Below, in pieces: positions 1-10,675 of a stretch of 64,000 bases of DNA. The position numbers were made by a program, and so were the translations under genes. Origin of the DNA: Toensbergia leucococca (taxonomy: Eukaryota); contig JALDZS010000126.1 of assembly GCA_022813965.1 (NCBI GenBank), forward strand, positions 1 to 64,000, given 5' to 3'. The notes below the pieces were generated by a model. That model had not been told where the DNA came from, made no database searches, and worked only from the letters and a program-made list of their open reading frames with translations. How positions within the stretch are numbered: position 1 is the stretch's first letter; every line of letters starts with the position of its first letter.

Positions 1-392
1 GAATGATCTTCTCAGATGATTCCCTAGGGCTGTTGAGTTTACAGTACTAATTTTGGTGTAGGCTTCGGAATTGAGGTGGAGGTGGAAGGAGAATGTGCGG
101 TGCCAAGATTTCGCAGATGAATTGCACGCGCTAAATTCTAGAAATTAAAGAGACCAAAATATTTCTTATTGTGTTGTATTCCCAAAGCGTAATCAAACCT
201 ACCCAACTCCTCTCAACTCACAGCGGTCCCCTCCCCCTTTTAACAAGTTTCAATATCTTCTCCGCGCCTCCATTCACCGCCACGTCCACCATCACTCTCG
301 CTGGTACCTTCACCTCAGCACAGGTCACAACCCAACCAATGGCCTTCATGACTGAGCCCACGCCTGGAGGCAGAACACCCTACTAATGCATG

Positions 393-415
393 TGATTGAT
401 TGATTGATTGATTGA
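393..415. repeat. (TGAT)n tetranucleotide microsatellite
   Basis: tgattgattgattgattgattga read directly. Confidence 0.95.
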
Positions 416-2450
416 ATAAAGCCCTGCAGAAACTATCATCAAAGACATGAGATAAACGAATCCTTCAGTTCTCAGTCACTCTGAAAATGATAGTGTGAAA
501 TTTTTTCTTCAATTTATTCTAACATTGTAAAAGGTGTCGAGAGTTCCATTCACCACAAGGCACAAAGTGAAATCATTGAAAAAGGGAGAAAGTGGCACTC
601 ATTACGCCCAGCAAAATAGACAGTTAGTACCGTCGCTGCACGGGTTTTAATGAAGAGCTTTCTCTGTGACTCAGATCTCTTGGTGTGAACTCCACCTCAT
701 GCCCTCCTACTGGACTTTCATCCCGTGGTTTTCTTACTTTCCTTGTTTTCGATGGCCCCGTGTTTTGTGCTGATTCGGATTTGAAAAGATGGCGTCGGTA
801 TTTGAAAACATCACGGCTTTGAACATCAACATATATGATTCGATGGAGATCTGTATTGAACTTGGCAGGCGTCTCTGCAATGTTTATCGGCGGCGGAAAC
901 CTTTGCTGTTCGAATAGAAGACCAAACTTGCAAAAACCCAGAGTGATCTCGATCAATTCTGATGAAAGGGGCGTGTTTGAGTTGAGGACCATTTATCCTT
1001 GGATGGAAGGGAGAAGCTGCGAAGAGGCTTTGGTCGCTGTGATGGTCTGGGAACTGAAGTCCAAAGAACCACATAGAGATACGCCGTCCTTCCCTGTCTC
1101 AGGCTAGTAGGTCCTCGTGCAGTTCCCTCCCCTTCACGACGTATCTCTGACATTCAGCTAAAATCTCCTCAGCTGGCGATTGCTCCTCGCCGCTTGAGAG
1201 AGATACTCAACTAATGGCGCTGATCAAATTGGAATGATGCTGAGCTCCTGGCGGTGTAGCACCTTCTCTTCAACCATCAACGCCCGTCGATTGATCTCCT
1301 TAACCTTCTTGCGCTTTCCCTAGGACCGAAGCACCGATACGAGATTGTTGACGCTGTCCAATGATCTTGAATGAATGCTCCTTAGTTGTTCAATCGGATA
1401 AAGCGTCTGCAACGCTTCTAGCTTCGGACCGTTTTCCTCCAAGAGGTACTCATTCATGAACTTGTTCTCCTCCGCGTCTTTCCTCCGGACCTTTCCTGCA
1501 GTCAATGTTATCTCAACGTAATCTTGGTCCTCTTAATCACTACTCCTCAGGGTCCATCATTCTTCCTCTCCCTCCTTCCAGTATTACACATCACGTCATC
1601 GTCGTCGAAGGAAATCCTCGACTCTTTAGACATTCAAGTCGACTTCGTACTTTTTGAAGTCTGCTGATGTATCTTGAACGTATTAGTGATGCATTCAATT
1701 TGTGTCAAGAGCGTTGACTTACTCATCTTACCCGTCAGGGGCCTCTTTTAAAATCTCGGTGGATGAGAGAATGTTTCTTCCTCTTGATCTCCAGCACGCA
1801 CGTACGTCCTCTTTCCTGCTCTCACCGCAGTCTTTTCACACCCATACCTCCCTGCGTTCCATAGTTCTTCAGCTCTAAAGCATCATCCCTGGTAGGGAGA
1901 ATGATCTCAGCCACCCAGGCCCTTCATCCGAGCTTTTGCTAGTGCCATTGTATCTTCCTTCTCGGACTAGGTTGTTGAAGGCAGTCTACCATTTGAGCAT
2001 TCTCACCCGTGTAATTCAGCATGATGAGATTGGAGAAGATGATCTCATTTTGATCCCGTATAAGCTTGACAGATTGATGTATACTTGTGTCAAATGAGTA
2101 TGTTGTGTGCCATTCTCAAAGAATGTCTAAGTCACTAAATGTTCAGGACCATTTGGTGGCTTTTGCGCGACAGAGATCCCGGATAAGCGCCCTGGCGAGA
2201 GTCTTGTTTTCCAGAGATAATTCTGATGGTTGCGTCTGTAGTGTGACTAGCTTGTTAAATAGACACCATAACATCATGAACGTTGGCTATCAGCCTTGTT
2301 GTTGGGTACTTTGACTGGTAGCTTTGTACTGAAACATCTGCATTTCAAGAGCTTTTATCTTGGAGCTAGTCATCACACTTGCTGTGTTCTCTGCTGTCAT
2401 TTTCATCAGTGTGGCTTGTATACCCCGTGCAGTGATCATCACGCATCACA

Positions 2451-2932
2451 TGCCATAATTTCAGGGGCCCTGTTGTTCAGAGTCAGCTGGGTATGAAAGG
2501 GTAGGGAGAAAGATGACTCTTACTGTATGGCCTCAATGGCAAACTCCTAATGTCTACCATGCTTCTACTTTGTATGGCTTGAGCTGGAACCAGTTCCAAA
2601 GAAAGACCCTCAAGACTCGGCAGAGCAGCAATGTCTTGAGTACACAGCTCAGGGTTATGATTTTTTACAGCGACTTTATTCAGCTCTTTGGAAAACTCAG
2701 AAGCTGAAGGAGTTAGGTTGAAGAAATATTTCTGGCTTTGAAACCTTTCCAAAAATGAAGAAATGGCCACAGAAAGGCTTGATGTACAATTCAGAGAGTC
2801 AGCTCTAAGCTCAGTGGCCTAGAAGAAGGGACTTATGCAACAAGGCTGATTGTTCGGAACACGTTTTCGATCGACACTGCATGTATCTTTGTTTAAGTCT
2901 TCAGCATCAAAGACCAAACAAAAGCAGTGACA
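2451..2932. mobile_element. Possible degenerate solo-LTR-like relic
   Basis: Starts TGCCA and ends TGACA. Shares agtcagctgggtatg (2481) and tcgacact..atgtatcttt (about 2871) with 7822-8062. CpG-poor. No target-site duplication found. Confidence 0.35.
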
Positions 2933-3254
2933 CTTCAAAACTGTAAAGTCTGAGAAACTGAGCAGCGAAAATTTAGTCTGTGATGAATCGGATCTTGACC
3001 AGGCGATTCATAAGTTCTGGCGTTTCGGGAACATGTAGGAGCATTGCCTGAAGCGGCGGAAGTTTGTTCTTGTTGAGAAATGACAAGTTATTTTTTGTTC
3101 CGGCAATATGAGCCAGTTCCTCTAGTGGTAACAGAAGAGCTCAAAACTTGCACTCGGGAGCAATTGATGATTAGTGGAAATACGGCTTCGTGCCCCGTGA
3201 TACCTCATCATCGCCGTCCGTCTAATGTAACAAGAGAACCAACTGAATAGATCT

Positions 3255-3403
3255 CTGCAGGTGGATAATGATGAGCACTGCATCCTCATCCCCTCCACTA
3301 TCGGGTCATTCATGATTTCTTTCATGAGACGCTTGAATGAGGTCTTTGACATAAGGAGGTTGAAGCTTTTCTGAAAGTGACAGATTTCATGGAGCGCGGC
3401 CGC
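3255..3403 (-). pseudogene. Histone H3-like fragment (alphaN-alpha1-loop1 region)
   Basis: AAALHEICHFQKSFNLLMSKTSFKRLMKEIMNDPIVEGMRMQCSSL aligns by eye to H3 [45 protein letters not shown]. Similarity is lost after an apparent frameshift near LQ. Confidence 0.75.
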
Positions 3404-3513
3404 TACGTGTTCAAGAGCTGTAAGACTATTCAGAACGTACTTGAACAGGTGCGTGCTGAGCCGATGGAGCGATTGAGTTGAGAAGAATCTCCAAGCTGTT
3501 GTAGCTTTCGAGA

Positions 3514-3847
3514 ATCCCATATCCTGTTATCACGAAAGGACCTCGCTACTGAGGTGACCCTTTGGGCTGGTCTTTCTAAAATAAAAAGACGTGATCACTC
3601 AGCTAAATGTTTGGTATCTGGTGAGCTCGCGAGTGAGCTCGTAGGTGTGCCCCATATATGCTGTTCCGATCACGTAGCGCTGTCATGATCACCCAGCTAA
3701 ATGTCTGGTATCTGGTGAGCTCGTAGGTGTACCTCGTATATGCATTTCTGAACTCTGAATTCTGATCGCGTCACACTGTAACACTGAGCCCTGGTCCCTC
3801 GCCGTGGCATCCACATGCTCTTGAACATTCTCAATGGTTACTTGCCC
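3514..3847 (-). mobile_element. Ty3/Gypsy-like integrase C-terminal fragment, copies A (3514-3671) and B (3685-3847)
   Basis: Shared core cagctaaatgt.tggtatctggtgagctcg. Copy A translates QIPNI*LSDHVFLF*KDQPKGSPQ*RGPFVITG, matching the GD.V...W.GPF motif. Confidence 0.6.
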
Positions 3848-4292
3848 GAATTCGAAATCCCCACTTGCCGCGTTACACCTCTTTTTCAGCCCCCGTTGCT
3901 TTCCCTCATCTCCAATCAACTAAATGTCATCCGTAGAAGCATAGTGCCACATCCCGTCCTGATCATTATACAACTTGGCTGACTGGCCGTCGCGACACGG
4001 GTTTTCTCAGGCGTTTTCTTTTAGGTGAAATCTCTAGAAAAGTGGATGCCGATGTCCGGATATTTCTTTTTAATCAGGACCATGCACCAATAATCGTCCA
4101 GTATCGTATACAGCTTGGGCATTTGCTTCTGATTTTCGAAGCCGTCTTGCTCCTCCCATTTCTCGTCGTGCTGGTTATTAAACCTGTACGCTGCAAATGT
4201 GCTGTTCGGCGCCGGTGTCAGGATATTTGTGGGGATGAGTGTGTCTATGCCCCTGGTTTCCAAATCGCATGCAAGGGACTTGCTAGATGACT

Positions 4293-4425
4293 TTATCATG
4301 AAAGGACCTCGCCACTGAGGTTACCTTTTGGGTCGTTCTTTCCGAAATACAAAGACATGATCGTCCAGCTAAATTTCTGGTATCTGGTGAGCTCGTAGGT
4401 GTGCCCCATATATACTTTTTTGATC
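4293..4425 (-). mobile_element. Ty3/Gypsy-like integrase C-terminal fragment, copy C
   Basis: Translates PEI*LDDHVFVFRKERPKR*PQWRGPFMIK. Clear nucleotide similarity to copy A. Confidence 0.6.
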
Positions 4426-5589
4426 ATCTTCACTGCTCATTCTCCTTCAAATCCTGACCCACCAGAGTATCGGCTATCATCTTGATGGAACACGTAATAT
4501 TTGCCAGACATGATGAAGGATATTCAGAGAAGAACTCGTGTCAAGATGGGAAGCACTCATCACCATCATCGTCCGAGGTCCTGATATACTTTCCTCCTCT
4601 GCTGCAGGAATAAATTTGCACCCAGACCACCAATACTTGTCATCTGGGGCTACACGTTTGTCCTCAGATGTCCCGCCTTTGGCCCCGCTCTTGTTATGTA
4701 CGACGCACTCCGGGATGATGAACGCACGTCGCGCTGCAATGCCGAGCCCCGGTTACTCGCTGTGGCATCTAGATGCCCCGGAACATTATGAACAAGGCTC
4801 TTGCCAGATAACTCCAGATGTCTATCTCATTCAACAACTTCATCAGCTAAAAGAGATGATACTTCAAGCGCTTGCAGAGGTGCGAGGATCATCCTAAGTG
4901 ATGATCTCAATAGGAGCGATTTGAGATAATATATAAGCGGTGACTTGTATGTGCCTGAATGGTCTTAGTTAAAGAGATATCGCTAGGATCTACGGCTTTG
5001 CGTAAAACGTCTTCACGGGTTGATATGAAGGCTGCTGTGGCGTCACCGAGGGAATGATCCCAAGCACACTATTCGACCTTTTCCATGGTCGTCTTGTTAT
5101 GGGGTCCAAATACATCGCACAGAGTTGATTCTGGCACCAGAGTGGATTTTCTTGCATCGTTGCTGGCTATTATAGGGCACAACGAGTCGATTAAATAGTC
5201 ATCCTTAGGTGCAACTTCTATATTATTCTTGTATTTTACTCCAGTGATGGTGCATCTTTTTCCACATACCATCCTGACTGCGCTCAAAATGTCATTGAAG
5301 GTATAATTCACGCTGTCAGTATACCTATTGAATGAGGGAGTCTTTGATCGACCGTCCGATGTCCTGAATCGGATTGGAGAGGGAATTCGCCGATCGATTG
5401 GCTGTTCAATCAGCCCAACGGACTTGGAGGCTCCTGTGGGAATGTAGGTGATCATGAATCCTAGCGCTCCGACCGTACCTCAGAGTTGTCAAAGTGCTGT
5501 CTTCGATCATTGTAGAAAGCGACAAACTAGAGAAGTCCATTCCGAGTCCTTAAAATCTGTATCGAACTTTGAGGCGTCTAGTCCTCGAC

Positions 5590-5940
5590 TTTGTTTTCTT
5601 ACTGAAGGCGACGTAGCGGAAGCATGGGTGACGTGCAAAGCGTCCTTCCTTGCGTCTGATCAGATGTTCAGTCCATTCATCCAATGGAATCTGATGTTGA
5701 CGTGGTAGTCAGAAGTCACCAAGTCCTTGAGGGAACAGAGTTGGAAACGCCATGCGGAACACACATTGTTTGTTCCATTCATTGAAGGGTGTTTCGTCGA
5801 AAAGGGGCACAGACAGTGACGCCATTCCAGACCGAAGGGATTCTTGTAGACGATTTACCTCAGTTTGATGCGGTGATACATTCGGTACGGCGGAGACATG
5901 TATCTCAGGATCAATATCATTGTCTTCGGTGGTGAGTTGA
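5590..5940 (-). mobile_element. Helitron Rep/helicase N-terminal region relic
   Basis: One frame reads VSAVPNVSPHQTEVNRLQESL...ETPFNEWNKQCVFRMAFPTLFPQGLGDF*LPRQHQIPLDEWTEHLIRRKEGRFARHPCFRYVAF (stop at 5709-5711). AFPTLFP.G.(A/G)DF and RFA.HP.FRY..F are typical of fungal Helitron RepHel proteins. Confidence 0.8.
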
Positions 5941-6339
5941 ACTGATTATAAAACCTGTGTTTTCGGACTGACTTCTGAGATGTTGAAAATCTTTCGGCAT
6001 TCCTATGCTCATTTGTTTTTCCCTACTACTTCTTCTCACCAACATGCGAGAGCATATATCCTCGTCGTCTTTTAAAATTATTTATGTCCACCATATAATA
6101 GCTAGATACCATCGTGGCCGGCACCGAGTCTCTTGGTACCAATTGTCCAATATCTTTTGAAGCTGTTAATATCTATAGAGGAATAGACATGAGCCAGCTT
6201 CACACCGTTTGCAGCCAGTCATCGAGGCGCTTGTTGACGGCTTCTTCACTGTCCTCATACGACAGGTTACGCAGAAAAAGGGTACAATCTTGACAAGCTC
6301 AGAACAGTCCATGTCAGCAGCATAGACTCTGGTCTAAAC

Positions 6340-6560
6340 TCTCTCCCACTTAACGAATGTGTCCGAACCCAGCTTTTTCGTCGCAGATCATTGTGTAGCC
6401 TGCAATGGCTCAAATCAATTTCTCAGGATTCCAGCGAACATCGAAAGAACCTGAGCTATAAGGACCAGATTGGTCGAATTGCCATAACTCCATGATAGTT
6501 CAAACCATCGGGTTGGCTGAAAAGCAATAGAATACACTTGTCTCTGCTAAGCTGGAGATT
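6340..6560 (-). pseudogene. FunK1-type fungal protein kinase fragment
   Basis: Across frameshifts: LQLSR, QPTRWF, MELWQFDQSGPYSSGSFDVRWNPEKLI*AIAGYTMICDE-LGSDTFV. This matches the family pattern QPTRRF...MELWVFDRSGPYSSG.FDI...PE.FI..IAGY..M.DEELGLDTF. Confidence 0.75.
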
Positions 6561-7645
6561 CCCGCATGGCTTAACAGCAAGGCAAATCTTGATTCCATGG
6601 GACGTTGTCCCATCTTGCATTTACGTATCTAGTCAACATGTTTTGGTAGAGCATCTTCAAACAATGCTTTCTGTGTTGAGTCTTCTCATTGGAGGCGGCT
6701 AAGGGGTGACCGGCGGCTGTATGGGTACCGCTTTTGCGTCAGCTGTGGGCCTTTCGATGTCCCGCCTAGGGACTTTATGGGTGTTTGCTCAAGTGTATTG
6801 ATTACTGTGCTCCACATTTCATGTGTTTGGGAAGACCAAATCCGCTAAATCGAAGCGAACCAAGACTTGTCTAACGCCCGCTTCTGAAGTTCTCATCTTG
6901 CTCCAGCGAGCTGTAGTGACCACCAATGACTAGCTGCAATCAAAGGCGAGACTAGCGTCTGTATTTTGAGATGGTAAAGGATGTGACGAGAATGATATAA
7001 AAATTCTGCTGACCACGGGACTTGACGAAATCAAGGAATCGCTCCCACTGAAAGACTCGATCGTGGCCCACACTCACTTCGAATCATGTCTCAGCTGCTG
7101 GGCTGTCTGCCATGGAAAGTTTCCTCAAATATGTTCCGTTTTTTGTAAGGTGCTCCTGACTGTTTTCTGAACTTGAATTGGCAAAATTCAAAATTGTCTT
7201 TCCAAAAGTAAACTTAGAATTGCTAAACCATTGGCGTACTCAGGCAATTGAATTTTGAACTTGTGAATCAGTATGCAACATTTGGTTCAGAGACCAATAA
7301 GTGATGAGGTTCATCACTGAAGGCTTCTTGCGCGGAGTCGACGACCAGATGCTGAGCAGCCTTTGGGGAAGGTGGAAGTAGACAAGACTCGTTGAGTCGA
7401 CTAAGTCCCATGCTCCGACGAGGAGTCTTCCATTGACAACACAAAGTCTTGCGCCAGTGTATTTAATCAGAACCAATGTTTCGGTCATCTTTACAACTTG
7501 TTTTGATGTCCTTCACCACCGGACAGGCTTTAGACTCTTTAAGCCAGAGAATGGTACGGATGTGATGACTGAACAGTATGGTTCAAACTTACACATCAGA
7601 ATCAATATTTTTACCAGACTCGGTAGTGATATGATCGTACAGAGA

Positions 7646-7800
7646 ATACAAAGACGTGATCGCCCAGCTGAATGTCTGGTATCTGGTGAGCTCGTAAGTG
7701 TGCCCCATATGCCTTTCTGATCGCGTCGCGCTGAAATACTGAGCCCTGGTTCCTCGTCGTGACGTCCACATGCCCCTGAACATTCTGAACGGTGTTCTTG
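7646..7800 (-). mobile_element. Ty3/Gypsy-like integrase C-terminal fragment, copy D
   Basis: Translates NVQGHVDVTTRNQGSVFQRDAIRKAYGAHLRAHQIPDIQLGDHVFVF. Nucleotide match to copies B and C. Confidence 0.6.
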
Positions 7801-7821
7801 CTAGATGAGCTCAGGGTTGGG

Positions 7822-8130
7822 TGTCATCATGTGACGGTGTCTATCACTCAGTCAGCTGGGTATGGAATAACAGATGATAAAGACGACGCTACCCAGATAT
7901 TACATGCTCAGGATGTAAAGTACGTTGAGCCTTATGGGAGCCCTCTATCATGAAAGAGACAAAACTATGGTTTTGTAAAGGTCAACTCAGATTAGAGCAA
8001 AGTCGACACTATGTATCTTTTCAGTGTTCAAGCGGCTCAAACCAGACCTTTCAGCTAATGATACATCAAGTTCAGATGTTATCATGCAATGAGTCCTACC
8101 ATTGAGTCAGCTGGGTTATGATATAAAAGA
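7822..8130. repeat. Two diverged direct copies of an LTR-like start (7822 and 8077)
   Basis: tgtcatcatgtgacggtgtctatcactcagtcagctgggtatg versus tgttatcatgcaatgagtcctaccattgagtcagctgggttatg. Related to 2451-2932. Confidence 0.45.
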
Positions 8131-10675
8131 GGGGAAAATGAAGCTGCCTACATATTTATGTATTCATTGGTGAATGCTCTTGCGCATGAATAAGGGATTC
8201 ATAGAGAAACCTTGACTCTGGTCACAGATGAAGGACCACATTGTCCCTTAGCTGGATGAAAGTAAGGTAAATTGAATCTGAAATTTCCCTTTGGAATTTG
8301 CTGTGGCGAGGCGTTCCTGCGTCCTTTCTTTTGGTCTATTCTATGCGAGACAAAGCTGGCTGACCCTCTCAATTGGAAATCGATTCGATTGAATACCTAT
8401 CTTCTTGCATCTACCACTATCTAATGAGGTAGAAAGTATGTATTCGATGACTGACGCGACCAGTTTGTGCGAATGAACCGGACACACGTAACACGGCTCT
8501 TGGCGATGATTAGCAATGGTGAAGAACACAGTGTGGATATCAAATGATCCATCCCAATCACAACATACTGATTGACGGCTTGCTCAGTATCTTTATAGCA
8601 AGGAAAAAGCAGATCTGTTTCGTCCCGTTGTGACTGTACTTAAGGCAAGATAGTCTTGACCAGGCGTAGCGCAACGTACTCGAAACAATCGAAGTCGTAA
8701 TATCTTCAGTCTTGGCGCAGAGCGCAAAGAGCGGCGAGTAGGATATATGCTACCACTTTACAGGATGAAGTTCCAAATGCAAATTTTCATTTACAAAGAC
8801 GGTGTTTCTTAGTTTGGGATGTTGCTCCCATCATCATTCTTTTATTTGATTCGCCTCTTCTGTCCTGGATTGTTCAGGATGTCTGAGTGGACCACGTGGT
8901 CAGGGCTTCTCTAGATTTTTGAGGGTAATAGAGAGCCAGCAATCTAGATGTGTCTTCGTTCCTGCCTGGAGGTATAATGATATCATCGTATTGTTGTCTT
9001 TGTAAGTAATTTCTGTTGATCGGTTTTGACGCCTGCGAATATGGGTCTCGATTTGGTCCTTGAAGGCCAGTGAAGGTCATTTCCTAAGATTCCTATTCCT
9101 AGAGCCCGAAGACCGAACCAATTCATGACCCGCTAGGCCGACCGCGTAAAAAAAGGAGATCACATATCGTAATCTCCTAATTTCTTTAGGATGAAAATTG
9201 TTTTCAATTCTCGGATTTGGCTCTCGCTGATCATATGTCGATGATACTAGGTAAGCAAACAGTGGCGTTGTCCAAGAGAGAGAGATCTGCGGCTTGCTTT
9301 TGGGAAGAGAGTAAATTGAAACGCCTTCAAATGGGCTGCGTTGAGTCAGATGAGTCAAGATAGAACAGGAGGTTAATCGAAAGATTTAATGATGACCTGC
9401 GCAATCTTCCAACTTTTTATATCCAGATAGGTAGACTTGCAATGAAGTGATAGACCCATTACAAGGTAAAGCTTGAGCCAAATTGGCTCTCATATCCACG
9501 ATTGGTGAATGCTGGCATCGTGGAAGAGACGCTGTTGTATTCGTATTCTTCCATTTGCAGAGCGCTATGGCTGCAAAAGTAGTCGATCATCCATGTAGAA
9601 CTGGAGTGCTTCTTGTAATAGAGGATTTGATGAGGTTGTAGATGATGTATGAGATGCCAGTACAGCTTCTGAATATTGTCTTCACAGAGTCCTCGATTAA
9701 GAGTCAACTTATGGATGTACTCAAACCGAATAGAGCCATGGTATTCTTTTCTTAAAGTGCTGTCCTCTTGCCGATAGAATAGGGGGGCGTATGTTGAGTC
9801 TGCTGTCAATAATTTGAAGAAGAAATGAGTCCTTATGTTGGTTTGGACGCGCACCAATCCATGAATCACAGCACCGTGAATGACACAATTGTCACAACAT
9901 CGCGTCGCGGTCAGTCCCACTGCAGAAAAAGCGTGTACCTAAGCGATTGTGGTAAAGCAGGGCGCAATACTACTGTGAAGATGTTATAGGTGAGGCTTTG
10001 TTACGGCATGATTGGGGTGATTTCAGATTTGCTTGAAGCGGCATCTGAATCTGCTATATATGGATCTATGCAGGATTCCTAGCAGCATCATGAGTCAGTC
10101 AATCTGTTGAGGTGGGAGCTCCGCCACTGTATCATACTTGAAAACAGGGACCTTCTAGGCATATATCTTTGAGTGTATGAGACTGCTTCCTCTTCTTAAG
10201 CTGATGTCTTTTCCACAGGCATACAAAAACGGCGAAGAAGGCAATCGAGTGCCTCGTTCTTCGAGAGTAGTGGGTGATAAGGTTATGGAAGGATAGCTTA
10301 TTGTTGTTTTAGAAGACCTTGCTTGGTTGCCCAGAGACCGTCAAAAGCTGAAGTGATAAGGTTTTCGATATTGAATCGCTGGTGTAAAGACCAGGTTGAG
10401 GTTTGGCCGCCGAGGATGATTGTGACTTTAGAGTTAACGCTTGAAAGTTACGTTGTGAACGCAGACTTAGTACGCCTCAAGACTTCTGCTTCATTATATA
10501 CAGCACTTCAAGTTGGAGGGATTCAGACAGTGAATGCTGAGAGTGGTGAGACTCGTTTGCCATGATATGGCCGGGAAGATGTACTCGAAGTGTTGACACT
10601 GAGGAACCTGGATAGAATTCTCACTAAGGCCTCTCGTCTTCCTTTTAATCATAAAAGGATCGCCTTTAGGCATAG

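Noticed and set aside
620..2050. Decayed minus-strand gene with an intron-like segment near 1670-1722
   Set aside because: Looks coding but has many stops, and I could not assign a family or a reliable structure.
3590..3760. Repeated tggtatctggtgagctcg units as a CRISPR-like array
   Set aside because: Fungal context, irregular spacing, diverged copies and no unique spacers. A coding retroelement fragment explains them better.
7240..7490. Weak Pif1 helicase-like words (GAR, VNG, IHK)
   Set aside because: Spacing and frames are inconsistent; too weak to call a Helitron helicase.
9459..9920. RCCDNC motif suggesting a RecQ zinc-binding domain or a CxC domain
   Set aside because: No helicase or KDZ transposase motifs were found nearby.
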